Positions 28,801 to 41,700 of a stretch of DNA of 64,000 nucleotides are shown in pieces. Source of the stretch: Isurus oxyrinchus (lineage: Eukaryota). The DNA lies in NCBI GenBank assembly GCA_026770705.1, contig JANJGN010000017.1, forward strand, positions 55,800,001 through 55,864,000, written 5' to 3'. The position numbers were made by a program, and so were the translations under genes. The notes beneath the pieces are model-generated. The model did no database searches. It was not told the DNA's origin and saw only the letters and a list, made by a program, of their open reading frames with translations. Positions within the stretch are counted from its first letter, which is position 1, and the number at the start of each line of letters is the position of its first letter.

Positions 28801-31189
28801 TTTCCCTAACCCCATTGGCATTAAATTGGCAACCCCATTAAATGTGGTACCAAGACAAGGGGATACCTTCATGTACAACAGCAGTGATGTCAGCAAGCAA
28901 GTAAGCAGCCAGTCGCATTGAATATTCTCTCACAGGAAACCACAAAGTTAAGAGCACTTAATCTCCTTCACTTTTGATTTATATTTTCAGAGAGTGAAAT
29001 AAATAATTCATTAGATTAAGATAGAAGTTTCAATAAACTTTTGAAAAAAGAAACTTTTAAACAAATATATTTTACCATTATGAAAAAATTGACACACTAC
29101 AAATGTAAAATTAGATTTTCAGGACCAGTGAGGATGTTTAGCAGTAATTAGGAAGTTGGTAGGCTATTAAAAATTCAGTTACACCTCATTCCATAAGATG
29201 TAACTTTTTCAAGGGATTTAACAGCGAGACTAACAATGCAAGAGTGGAAGTTCTTGTCAAATCAATGGTTTCCATTGAATATATTCTGGGAGTGCCTCAA
29301 CAGTGACCTTCTGAAGAAGCATAGAATCACTGGCTGCAAATTCTGGATTTCTGCATTATTCTGCACAAGTGTGGACTCCCGAAGCTGCAGTTAGTTTCAA
29401 TGGAATAGTGAGGCGGCTGATAGTTTCACTATCATTATCACCATGCAAGGCGCCCAGTAACTTTATTGCTTTAGCCATTGAATTTCTTCTTGAAATTTAC
29501 AAAATCAAGATCATCTTGCATTACAAAATACATCCAGATTTAGCCTTATTGATGTATGTAAGTCCTTCTGAAGCCCAAAGCTGGTTGAAATTTGGGCCTG
29601 ACTAAACTGTGCAATGAAGTTTATAGTCATAAGTCCTATTATATGTAATGAATAGCCTGATAACCACAGTTTCAGAGCCTTAGGTTCTCAATTAATATTT
29701 ACATTTTGTGTCTTCAAGGATGGGGAAATGACTGTTCAGCTTAAATCCAGCCTTTCACAGGCTTGTGTGGGATTCATAATCTTAGGGGAATAAACAGTAA
29801 GCATGGAATGCAGAAGTTTATTTGGCCCATCAAACTTACTTGATGGATTCAGAATTCAGACAACTCAGAAAAATTTTCTCCTGACCAATGAATTCTCCAG
29901 AATATTAATATTTATATGATTCAATCCTGTCAGTTTGCTTTATCCAGAAGACCATTCCCATGATCTTGGCAATGGAAAAATCATTTGTGAATAACTTGAA
30001 GCAATCACTATTCACCTTCAGTCACATTCCTAATATTCCAAATATTTAGTTGTTTTAATAAATTAATTGATGCAGCATTAACTATATTTGTACTTATCCC
30101 ACACATACACATGTCTGTGAGGTAAGAATTATCTAGTCTCATATATCTTTTTTAAACCTTTTTATTTTTATACTTGTCTCTCCTAGTCTTGCATCCACAA
30201 TAAAAGCCAGGGAGCCCACTTGTGTATCTATTATCTATGCTTCTAATCATTTTTAATAACTATATTCCCAATTAGTCATATTTCTAACAAAGAAAGGGTA
30301 TTGTAATTTTCCCCTTAATTTGCAGCTATCGTTAAGCCATGAATTCACCCTCTCCTCTGAACCCTCTCCAGTGCATCCTTGTTTTGATAACAAGGAGCCC
30401 AAAATTGCACAGTATTCTACATGTGCCCTCAAAGATATTTGCCGATTAAATATTAAATATTGAACTTCATTAACATCATTAACAGATTTATACAAGATCC
30501 TGACGGTTAATAATTAATAATACCCAAATCATACTTTGCCTTTGCTAACAGACATATTTTGTGTTCAATTTTGGTGTGGATTATTTCACATTCAAAACTA
30601 AAATACCTTAACTTAAAATAATTGAATAAATCTACTTAACTGACCCAGATCTTATCCCTTTCAAAGTAATGCAAGAAAAATAATTGCAGATAAAGTACAT
30701 CTTAAAAATAAAACTCAGTGGATGGTGCAATTATACATTGGAATGCTAACTTTTCCTTGCTTGGTGCTTTAAAACCCCTTCTCCCCCACAGTGAGTGTTA
30801 TTTGAGAAAGTGCGCAGACTTTCAATCTTTTAATGGGATGCACTACAAAAGTAATAGTTTTTACAAAATATCTGCATCACCTTTGTAGTGGACTTCATTA
30901 AAATATTTGGTGAGAAAATACTACCTATTTCAAAACTCTTTAATTGGAAAAAAAACTGCCCATGTTCAAGTACCGAATTGAAGATGATAAATTGAGGTAC
31001 CAAGTGGTAGAACATATACATCACTTAGAAAAGTTGTGCTATGCATTTTTTTCTTTTTTGCAGGCTAACAAATTAAGGCAGAGCAACTATAAACAAAGAA
31101 ACTTAGAGTGAACACGTGCATTTATATGAATCTAGCTTACTTATATAGAAGATAATAAAACTATCAGTTGTGGAATTTTAAGATATTTC

Positions 31190-31500
31190 TTAAGATGTTT
31201 CTGCTTGTAGAGAGTCCAAATTTATTGGACAGAAGTATAAGATTGTCACCAATAAATCCAATTGGGACTTCAAGCGCAACTTCTTTATTCAAGTGGCAAG
31301 GATTTAGAATTTGCTACCACATTGGGTAGCTGAGGTAAATGATATTGATGCATTTAAGGGGGTGATAGGAACATGAGGGAATTGAAGGATATGTAGATGC
31401 CGTGAGATGTAGTAGGGTCGGAGGGTCCCGTGGAGCACAGGCTCTAGGCGCAGATCATTTAGGTCAAATAACGTATCTCTGTGCTGTAACTCCACCTAAT
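31190..31500 (+). mobile_element. Old CR1 3' fragment
   Basis: AAGATGTTTCTGCTTGTAGAG...AACTTCTTTATTCAAG...TCTCTGTGCTGTAAC. Confidence 0.6.
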
Positions 31501-31779
31501 AAGGAAAATTCACAGGAAGTTTGGAATCTATCAATATGGACTTTCCCTACCTAAAAGCACTAATGCCAAACTGATAGAGTTGTTACCAACTCTATTCTAA
31601 AACTCAGCCAGCAGGAACCTGGGTAATACCATTTGTGCCAGTGTGCTGCCCAAGCAGTTCATGGTGCACTGCCAGCTGCTGCCTGGTTGTGACTGACTTG
31701 ATGGAGATAATACCCGGTGAATAGAAAGGTCAGCTGAAGAATTCATGAATTAATTGGAGGCAAAGCTTATTCCTAAAAC

Positions 31780-32048
31780 CCATGACCCCACCTAGAAGGA
31801 CAAAGGCCACATGCATATGGGAACATTATTACCTCCTTCCCCTCCAAGTCAGGTACCGTCCTGACTTGGACATATATTTTCCTTTATGGTTGCTAGCTTA
31901 AATTCCTGGACCTCTACCTAAGAGCATTGTGGGAGCATATTTACTGTATAGACTGAGTGGTTCAAGAAGGCCCGCCACTTGGGATAGGTAATAAATACTG
32001 GCCTTGTCAGTGGCACCCTAATCCCAACAATGCATTTTTTTTTAAAAA
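31780..32048 (+). mobile_element. Diverged LINE family B 3' end (sense orientation)
   Basis: CCTAGAAGGACAAAGG...GGTTCAAGAAGG...AATAAATACTGGCCTTGTCAG is the reverse complement of the family 3' block. Confidence 0.7.
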
Positions 32049-33375
32049 CTGCCAGTGGCTGACTTCATTAACCAAGAAGCTGGAAAATATCACTATCAAA
32101 CCTGATCCAGTCTTGTTATCTATGTGCAGCCCAACGGTATCTTCTGCAAAGGACATTGAGCTTATCTCATGAACAGCAACAATTGATTAAACAGTTACCA
32201 AAAAGTTGCAGAAATTGATGAAAGTGAGTGAAACTGGTACAGTTCAAATATTTAAATCACCAACAAAATGTTGATGTGTTCATTTGTAGAGTATGTGCAG
32301 CCTGACTGATGAAATGTTGCTTACCCTGATGTGGGAAGTAGGGAATGAACCTGATAAATGTATGATGCATATTTAAATTACTAATATTGTGCAGCCATGT
32401 AGCTTTGAAATGTTGTGGAAATGAGTCCTATTCCAAATGTGCTTGAGTTTGAGGCAGTAATTTAAAATCCAGCTCAATAAATTGCTGTTTATTTTCATTT
32501 CTCATCATACTTGTTATGCTGTATGTCACATTGCCAGGGCGGGGAACAATATCCATGTACTTCAGGTACTGGATGAGCAACATAGAAGCCCTGTTCACGT
32601 GGAAGATACTGGAACCTATATAAAAATAGTTGTGAGGAGGATCTCCCACTCCTTGCCAGGTGCCATGACCAAGCATGTGGCCTGACTGGGAGATTTTTAT
32701 TGTTTAGTCCACAGTTCTATTATGAAGTTATATAGAAGCAAAATTATAATTTTTTGCAGCATTATCCAATTTTATGGAATTCTTAAGTGAATTTTGACAA
32801 GTATTTGACAAATTTATTCTATCAGAGTTGCTAAGACTCCATGTTTGAAATAAAATTTAAAATTCAAGGGAATGTGCTCATGTCTCAAGTACCTATCTAG
32901 GTCCATGCCCCTGGTGAGATAAGATGGTGTTTGAACGCATTGTGACACTGTTTGACTGACTATTTGGAATACAGTTTGAGCCCCTTCCCCAGCTATTATA
33001 CTTAATAGTAACAAAAGCATGCCTGTGACAAAGTGCATGCAGTCTTTTAGAAATAGCTTGCCTCTCATAAAAGGTTCAATTGGTTTGGAAGAGACACTGT
33101 CCCAGTAAATGCTTGTATAACTTATACTTCTAGCATGTAGACAAGCAGCAAGGTTTGGATATTGAGGCCAGTTTTATAATTTAAAAAAGTCAGGTCATGG
33201 GTAGATTTTGTATAGCAGGGAGATGAAATTCTGAATGTATGTAGGTGATTTTGAAGGAGTTTCTGTTCTGTAATTGGAGGAAATTACTGTGTGTTTATAT
33301 GTGGAGCGCTTCTCATCCTAGAATTTGACATTCAAATTTTTACTCCTGTGCTTACCAGAAACTTTTTTTTTGCAG

Positions 33376-33458
33376 CCACCTACCTGCCAAGTCTGCAGAG
33401 GAGGCTCAACGGCACCGACAAGAATATGATGAGATGGTGGCAGAGGCAAAGAAACGAG
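33376..33458 (+). CDS. TBC1D12: TBC1D12 coding exon
   Basis: poly-T TGCAG| ... CGAG|GT. Encodes [27 protein letters not shown](E). 83 nt, phases match both neighbours. Confidence 0.95.
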
Positions 33459-34160
33459 GTGCTGTTGTTGATTACTGGATTACTTTTCTGAGCAAGATGT
33501 AATGAGATATGTGAAATAACCTGATTCATCCTCTACTACTAAATGCAAATACCATACAAGAATATTCTTAGGTTAATTTTGCAAATCATATCTGCACGGT
33601 TTGTTTTGTCATCTTAGATTTCTAATCAACAACCATTTGCAGCCAATAAAAATGACCAGGCCTTGGTAATTTTGTCATTGCACATTGACTGAGTACATAA
33701 TTGAGTTATCATAAAATTACATCAATTAGTGGTTAGTAGGTTGATGCCCTGGAGCTTAGCCACAAAGGTCAGAATTTACTAGGTTTAATCCTTAGCCTTT
33801 AGTGAATTAGCTCATCTCATTCAGAGTAACTGCTTTCAGTTTTCCTGGGTTTGGGCAAGAAAATTTAGCAGAGCTTTCCTCTTTTGGGGGTAACAAACTA
33901 ATTAAACAGGTTGATACGGCAGATGATCAAAATAGACTTTGTGTAAGCACCAGCTGAGAATTGCAGTGACCTTATGACTTTAAAGGAATAACTGTAGAGC
34001 ACCAATAGTCAGTAATTTGGATGGGTAAAATGCAAATTCAGCTCTTGATCCAAGCCTCATTATGCCTTGTGAAGACAACTGTCTGCCCATGGTTAGGGGA
34101 TGGTGACAGATAAGGGAGATCAGAGGGAGGGTAACCTCATGTCTCCTCTTGCATGGTCAA

Positions 34161-35112
34161 GATGAAGGAACTGAGGGCATCCTGGCTAAATTTGCAGATG
34201 ATACAAAGATAGGTGGAGGGACAGGTAGTATTGAGGAGGTGGGGAGGCTGCAGAAGGATTTGGACAGGTTAGGAGAATGGGCAAAAAAGTGCCAGATGAA
34301 AAACAACATGGGGAAGTGTGAGGCCATGTACTTTGGTAGAAAGAATAGAGGCATGGACTGTTTTCTAAATGGGGAGAGAATTCAGAAATCTGGAGTGCAA
34401 AGGCACTTGGGAGTCCTAGTCCAGGATTCTCTTAAGGTTAACTTGCAGGTTGAGTCGGTAGTTAGGAAGGCAAATGCAATGTTGGCATTTATTTCGAGAG
34501 GACTAGAATATAAAAGCAGGGATGTGCTGCTGAGGCTTTCTAAGGCTCTGGTCAGACCACATTTAGAATATTGTGAGCAATTTTGGGCCCTGTATCTCAG
34601 GAAGGATGTGCTGGCCCTGGAGAGAGTCCAGAGGAGGTTCACGAGAATGATCCCAGGAATGAAAGGCTTAACATATGAGGAACATTTGAGGACTCTGGGT
34701 CTATACTCGATGGAGTTTAGAAGGATGAGGAGGGATCTGATTGAAACTTACAGAATACTGAAAGGCCTGGATAGAGTGGACATGGGGAAGATGTTTCCAT
34801 TAGTAGGAGAGACTAGGACCCGAGGGCACAGCCTCAGAGTAAAGTGAAGACCTTTAGAACAGAGATGAGGAGAAGCTTCTTTAGCCAGAGAGTGGTGAAT
34901 CTATGGAATTCATTGCCACAGAAGGCTGTGGAGGCCAGGTCATTGAGTGTCTTTAAGACCGAGATAGATAGGTTCTTGATTGGTAAGGGGATCAAAGGTT
35001 ACGAAGAGAAGACGGGAGAATGGGGTTGAGAAACTTATCAGCCATAATTGAATGGCGGAGCAGAGTTGATGGGCTGATTGGCCTCATTTCTGCTCCTATG
35101 TCTTATTGGCTT
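34161..35112 (+). mobile_element. Young 5'-truncated CR1 LINE
   Basis: ORF 34149-34847 (KFADDTK, LVRPHLEYC, LERVQRRFTRMIPG) and a CR1 tail. Candidate 8-bp TSD ATGGTCAA at 34153-34160 and 35113-35120. Confidence 0.92.
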
Positions 35113-35254
35113 ATGGTCAAAGGTGGAAAAGTGTCAGAGCTCTGAAAACAAATTGTTTGAACCCTCAAGGTTACGAATCTATTTAAATGTACTAGAAAAA
35201 TTTGTCACTTATGAACTGTAATTAGAATGTTTTGGGAATTTTGATTTAATTCAG

Positions 35255-35372
35255 AGATAAAAGAAGCACAACGAAGAAAAAAAATTATGAAGGAGCGATT
35301 CAAACAGGAAGAAAACATTTCTCATGCTATGATCATTTGGAACACTGATATTCTTCCCAACTGGGAGACCAT
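35255..35372 (+). CDS. TBC1D12: TBC1D12 coding exon
   Basis: TCAG| ... AT|GTAAGT. Encodes [38 protein letters not shown](I). 118 nt. Confidence 0.95.
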
Positions 35373-35414
35373 GTAAGTAGGTTATTATTGAAAAGCAACT
35401 ACAGTTGAGTATCC

Positions 35415-36761
35415 AAAACAAAAACAGAATTACCTGGAAAAACTCAGCAGGTCTGGCAGCATCGGCGGAGAAGAAAAGAGTTGACGTTTCGAGTCCTCAT
35501 GACCCTTCGACAGAACTTGATTTCGAGTCCAGGAAAGAGTTGAAATATAAGCTGGTTTAAGGTGTGTGTGGGGGGTGGGGGGGGGGAGAGATAGAGAGAG
35601 AGGTGCTTCTGTAGACAAACAAGCAGTGATAGAAGCAAATCATCAAAAGATGTCAGTCACAATGGTACAAAAGAACACATAGGTGTTAAAGTTAAAGTTG
35701 GTGATATTATCTAAACGAATGTGCTAATTAAGAATGGATGGTAGGGCACTCAAGGTACAGATCTAGTGGGGGTGGGGGGAGCATAAAAGATTTTAAAATA
35801 TTTAAAAATAATGGAAATAGGTGGGAAAAGAAAAATCTATATAATTTATAGGGAAAAAAAGGGGGAAACAGAAAGGGGGTGGGGATGGGGGAGGGAGCTC
35901 ACGACCTAAAGTTGTTGAACTCAATATTCAGACCGGAAGGCTGTAAGGTGCCTAGTCGGAAGATGAGGTGTTGTTCCTCCAGTTTGCGTTGGGCTTCACT
36001 GGAACAATGCAGCAAGCCAAGGACAGACATGTGGGCAAGAGAGCAGGGTGGAGTGTTAAAATGGCAAGCGACAGGGAGGTTTGGATCATTCTGCATCTGC
36101 ATTGTTCCAGTGATGCCCAACGCAAACTGGAGGAACAACACCTCATCTTCCGACTAGGCACCTTACAGCCTTCCAGTCTGAATATTGAGTTCAACAACTT
36201 TAGGTCGTGAGCTCCCTCCCCCATCCCCACCCCCTTTCTGTTTCCCCCTTTTTCCCCTTTTTTTCCCTATAAATTATATAGATTTTTCTTTTCCCACCTA
36301 TTTCCATTATTTTTAAATATTTTAAAATCTTTTATGCTCCCCCCACCCCCACTAGATCTGTACCTTGAGTGCCCTACCATCCATTCTTAATTAGCACATT
36401 CGTTTAGATAATATCACCAACTTTAACTTTAACACCTATGTGTTCTTTTGTACCATTGTGACTGACATCTTTTGATGATTTGCTTCTATCACTGCTTGTT
36501 TGTCTACACAAGCACCTCTCTCTCTCTTTCTATCTCTCCCCCCCCCACCCCCCCCCCCCCCCGCCCCCCCACACACACCTTAAACCAGCTTATATTTCAA
36601 CTCTTTCCTGGACTCGAAATCAAGTTCTGTCGAAGGGTCATGAGGACTCGAAACGTCAACTCTTTTCTTCTCCGCCGATGCTGCCAGACCTGCTGAGTTT
36701 TTCCAGGTAATTCTGTTTTTGTTTTGGATTTCCAGCATCCGCAGTTTTGTTTTGTCTTTAT
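35415..36761. mobile_element. Penelope-like element copy 1: two inverted 3' ends only (fold-back)
   Basis: Minus arm 35415-~36092 and plus arm 36097-36761. Both carry the GIY-YIG C-terminus (...QPSGLNIEFNNFRS) and the 3' pLTR. 15-bp TSD TACAGTTGAGTATCC at 35400-35414 and 36762-36776. Confidence 0.93.
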
Positions 36762-36763
36762 TA

Positions 36764-37111
36764 CAGTTGAGTATCCTTTATCCGTAAATCCGAAAACTGA
36801 ACACATCCAAAAACCACACTTTTTTGAACCTTATCAACCTTTAGCATAGGAAGCCTAGCTGTTTGTCTTCACTCTTTGCCTTGTGATTTTTTCAAATTCA
36901 AATTCACATTTCAAAAAGAAAGTTATTACAGGTACCCTGTATTTATTATTCAGTAATGCATCTTACTTTTCTCGCCATTTTATTTACTTTAGACTATAGG
37001 TAACTTAGGCTTAGGCTATTGTAAGCTTATACATGGCATCCGAAAACTGAAATTATCTGAAAACCAAAATGGAGACAGCCTGAGGGTTTCGGATAAAGGA
37101 CGCTCAACCAG
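36764..37111. mobile_element. Tc1/mariner Tigger4/MER46-like MITE
   Basis: TA|CAGTTGAGTATCCTTTATCCG ... CGGATAAAGGACGCTCAACCAG|TA imperfect terminal inverted repeats, with internal TCCGAAAA repeats. Confidence 0.75.
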
Positions 37112-37170
37112 TACTTTATAATTGTGATAGTTGTGCGTGTTTATAACACCTTTTTGTTTCTTGTACTTAG

Positions 37171-37277
37171 TCGAAATACGCGGAAGGTGCGTGAATTGTG
37201 GTGGCAAGGTATTCCGCCAAGTGTTCGAGGAAAAGTATGGAGCTTGGCTGTTGGTAATGAACTGAATATTACTCATG
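37171..37277 (+). CDS. TBC1D12: TBC1D12 coding exon (start of TBC domain)
   Basis: TTAG| ... CATG|GTATGT. Encodes [35 protein letters not shown](E). 107 nt. Confidence 0.96.
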
Positions 37278-38255
37278 GTATGTGCACTGCCTGAATCTTT
37301 ACATAAATTACTTTGTTAATGAAAAGAAAGAAAAAATGTTCTGCTTCAAAAATGTTGTGGCAATTGCACTTTTCTGACACTTATTGCTTATGTAAGCCTA
37401 GTGAGTTTGGCAGGCGATGGACTGAATGTAACAACAATGGTCTAACTGACTCTGACCTTGCTTTATTCCAGCAGGGATCACTGAAGTTAGACCAGGAAAA
37501 GGAACTCTTGCTGATTGTCTTCCCCAATAATTTCAGGGATCAAAAATGAATTATAATATTCCTGCTGCCACCCCAACCGAGATCCTCTATGTCGGTGCAG
37601 ATCAAGGTTGAATCTGCAACGGCTATATGTCTCAGAGTCCAAGGGAAGAGGTTATTAATTAATTGAGCTGCTTATAGTTAGTGATTACTGAATTAAATAT
37701 TGGTGCTTTCATGGTTATTATCTTGTGCCAGCATTGGATATGTTACAAAGTCCGCAGACAACTATGAGTAGATTTATTAAGGAAGTAAATGTAGTGTCAG
37801 TCACTTCTCAGTATTACAAAACATAGTTGTGCAGCATCAGAAATTATTACAACTACACTAGATTTAATTTTAGCCTATTTATAAATAGCACTGGACAGTG
37901 TTTAAGAAATTAAGCTCTTTCAAATTGAACTAGATTCAGAAGTGATCTAACATTCCCTTCACAATATTCAGATCTTTTAACTGAAACGGCAAGTAGAAAA
38001 AAACGTAAAACTGAAGCTTTTGTTCCCTCAGGTGACTAGCTCCCGATTTCAACTATACTACTGGGGCGATAGTAAATGGAGGGCCATGGCTTCCCCAAGG
38101 AACCTCTTCTGGGCCACAGTCACACACATCCTGTAGTGACGTTTTTAAAATAGTTTTTGTTAGCTATCCATGATCAGGTTGATTCAGTTGGAAAGGGAGA
38201 AATTAACATTTTTTTTAAATACCTTAATTGTTTATAGTGTCTTTCCATTTCATAG

Positions 38256-38336
38256 AGCTTTATGAAATCTTCCTGTCTAGAGCTAAGGAGCGCTGGAAAA
38301 ACTTCAGTGAGATTGGATCAGAGAATGAGACTGAAG
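38256..38336 (+). CDS. TBC1D12: TBC1D12 coding exon
   Basis: CATAG| ... GAAG|GTAAAT. Encodes LYEIFLSRAKERWKNFSEIGSENETE, the TBC1D12-type sequence rather than the TBC1D14-type. 81 nt. Confidence 0.95.
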
Positions 38337-41300
38337 GTAAATTGACTTTTAAATTACCTCTCATGGAACAAATCATTAAATTGCCAATGCAGAAAAGCAA
38401 AGCGGTCCTCTTCACTCTGGTTGGTATTAAGTTCTTGAATGTTGTTGGAGCTGCACTCATCCAGGCAAGTGGAGAGTATTCCATCCCACTCCTGATTTGT
38501 GCCTGGCTTTGGGGAGTCAGGTGATGAGTTACAGGATTCCTAGCGTCCGACCTGCTCTTGTAGCCACAATATTTATATGGCTAGTCCAGTTTGGTTTCTA
38601 GTCAATGGCAAGCCCCCCAGGGTGCTGATAATGGGGGATTCAGTGATGGCAATGCCATTGAATGTCAAGGGTCGATGGTTAGATTCTCCCTTGTTGGAGA
38701 TGGTTATTGCCTGGCACTTGTGTGACACGACTGTTAAATGCCACCTGTCAGCCCAAGTCTGGATATTGTCAAGGTCTTTCTGCATTTGGACATGGACTGC
38801 TTCAGTATCTGAGGAGTCATGAATGGTGCTCAAGCTTGTGCAATCATCAGCGACCGTCCCCACTTCGGACCTTAGGATGGAGGGAAGGTCATTGATGAAG
38901 CAGCTGAACATGTTTGGGCCTAGGACACTACCCTGCAGTGAGGTCCTGGAACTGAGATGATTGACTTCCAACAGCCACAACCATCTCCCTTTATGCTAGG
39001 CATGACTTCAACCAGTGGATAGTTTTCCCCCAGTTCCCACTGACTCCAGTTTTGCTCTGGCTTCTTAATGCCACTCTCGTTCAAATGCTGCTTTGATGTC
39101 AAAGACAGTCACTCTTGCCTCACCCATGGAGTTAAGCAGCATTGTCCATGTTTGAACCAAGGCTGTAATGAGGTCAGGAGCTGAGTGGCCCTGGCAAAAC
39201 CCAAACTGAGCATCAATGGACAGGTTATTGCTAAGCAAGTGCTGCTTGAAAGCACTGTTGATGACCCCTTCCATTACTTAGAATACAAGAAATAGGAGTA
39301 GGCCATTCAGCCCTTCAAGCCTGCCCCGCCATTCACGAAGGTCATGGCTGATCTGCCCCAGGCCTTAACAACTCTTTCGTGCCAGCTCCTCATTGCCCTC
39401 AACTCACCAATATTTCAAAAATCTATTTACCTCCTCTTTAAATATTTTGTGATCTAGCATCCACAGTTCTCTTGGGTATAGAATTCCAGACATTCACTAA
39501 CCTCTGAGAGAAGAAATTCCTTCGCATCTCAGTTTTAAATGGATGCCCCCTTATTCTGTAACTATATCCCCTAGTTCGAGATTCCCCCACTAATGGAAAT
39601 ATCTTCTCAATATCTACCCTGCTAAGCTGCCTCAGAATCTTGTATCTTTCAATAAGATCACCCCTCATTCTTCTAAACTCTAATGAATAAAGACCTAACC
39701 TGTTCAGCATTTCCTGATAAGTGAACTCCTTCATCCCAGAAATCAACCTAGCGAATCTCTTTTGAACTGCCTCCAGTGCCAGTATATCCTTTCTTAAGTA
39801 CAGCTACCAAACTGCACAGAGTACTCCGTGTAAGGCCTCACCAATACCCTGTACAGTTGTAACAAAGCTTCCCTATTTTTAAACTCCAACCCCCTGGCAA
39901 TGCATTCCATTTGCCACCTTAATTATTTGCTGCACCTGCATGCTAACTTTTTGTGTTTCATGTACAAGAACACCAAGTTCCCTCTGTGCTGCACTTTTTT
40001 GAAGAGTATGTCCATTTAAATAATACTGTTTTTTGATTCTTTCTACCAAAGTGCATGATTTCACACTTTCCTACATTTAAACTCTATCTGCCAAGTTTTT
40101 GCCCACTAACTCAACCTGTCTATATCCCCTTGCAGATTCCTTATGTCCTCATCACAACATGCCCTCCCACCTATTTTTGTATCGTCAATAAATCACACTC
40201 TGCCCCCTCCTCCAAGTCATTAATATAGATATTTAGTAATTGAGGCCCTAGGACTAACCCTTGTGGCATTCCATTAGTTACGTCTTTCCAACCTGAAACA
40301 CACCCAATAACCCCAACTCTGTCTTAACCAATCCTCAATCCATGCTAATACATTACCCCCAATACTGTGAGCTCCTATTTTGTGTAATAACCTTTTATGT
40401 GGCACCTTATCAAATGCCTTCTGGAAATCCAAATACACTACATCTACCAGTTCCCTTTACCAACTTTGCTTGTTAAATCCACAAAGAACTCTAGCAAATT
40501 TGTCAAAGATGATTTCTCTTGCACAAAACCATGTTGACTCTGTTTGACTGCAATAAGCTTTTTTAAATGTCTTGCTATTTCTTCCTTAATATTGGACTCC
40601 AGCATTTTCCTGATTACAGATGTTGAGCTGACTGATTTATAGTTTCCTGTCTTTTGTCTCCCTCCCTTCTTGAACAGGGGCGTCGCATTAATGGTTTTCC
40701 AATCCATTGGGACCCTCCCAGAATCCAGAGAGTTCTGGAATATTTCCACCAAAGCCACTTCTTTTAAAACCCTTGGATGCAGGACAACAGGTCCTGGTGA
40801 CTTGTCTGACTCTGGTCCCATTACTTTGTCAAATAATTTGCCCCTTGTGATAGAGGAGGAACAAGATCTTTCCTCCCATTAGCTCCTTGCTTATCTGATA
40901 TCTTTGGAGTGGTTATAGTGTCCTCTGATGCAAAATATTGGTTTGAATTATCTGCCATTTCCCTGATCCCTGTTATCAATTCTCACTTTAGTCATGCTCT
41001 TTTTATATACCCATAGCTCTTGCTGTTTGTCTTTATATTTCTTGCCAATTTACTTCCTTAATCAATTTTCCCCCTCTTTATTCGCTTTTTAGTCATCTGC
41101 TGCTGGTTCATAAAAAAATTCCCAATCCTCTGGCCTACCACTAGTTTTCACCACTTTGTATGCCTTAGTTTTTGATTGGACACTCTCCTTGACCACTTTT
41201 GTTAACCACACGTGGTTCATCCTTCTTATCAAGTCCTTCTTTTTGACTGAGATAAATTTTTGCTGAGCGTTATGAATATCTGCTTAAATGTCTGCCACTG

Positions 41301-41700
41301 CTCATCCACTGACCTTCCCCTTACTTTAATTTCCCAGCCTGTTTAATTCCCAGCTTTAGGCAACTTTTTCTTCATACCTCTGTAATTGCCTTTGTTTAAG
41401 CTGAGGACGCTGGTTTGAGACCTGAGTTGCTCGCCCTCAAATTGAATTTGAAATTCTACCATGTTGTGATCACTACCCCCTAGAGGATCCTTAACTATGA
41501 TAGCTCTTACTAATCCCGCCTCATTGCACATAACTAGGTCTAAAATAAAAACAAAAACAGAATTACCTGGAAAAACTCAGCAGGTCTGGCAGCATCGGCG
41601 GAGAAGAAAAGAGTTGACGTTTCGAGTCTTCATGACCCTTCGACAGAACTTGATTTCGAGTCCAGGAAAGAGTTGAAATATAAGCTGGTTTACTCTGTTT

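Noticed and set aside
28705-29456. Possible non-autonomous DNA transposon
   Set aside because: Terminal inverted repeats too degenerate to support by eye.
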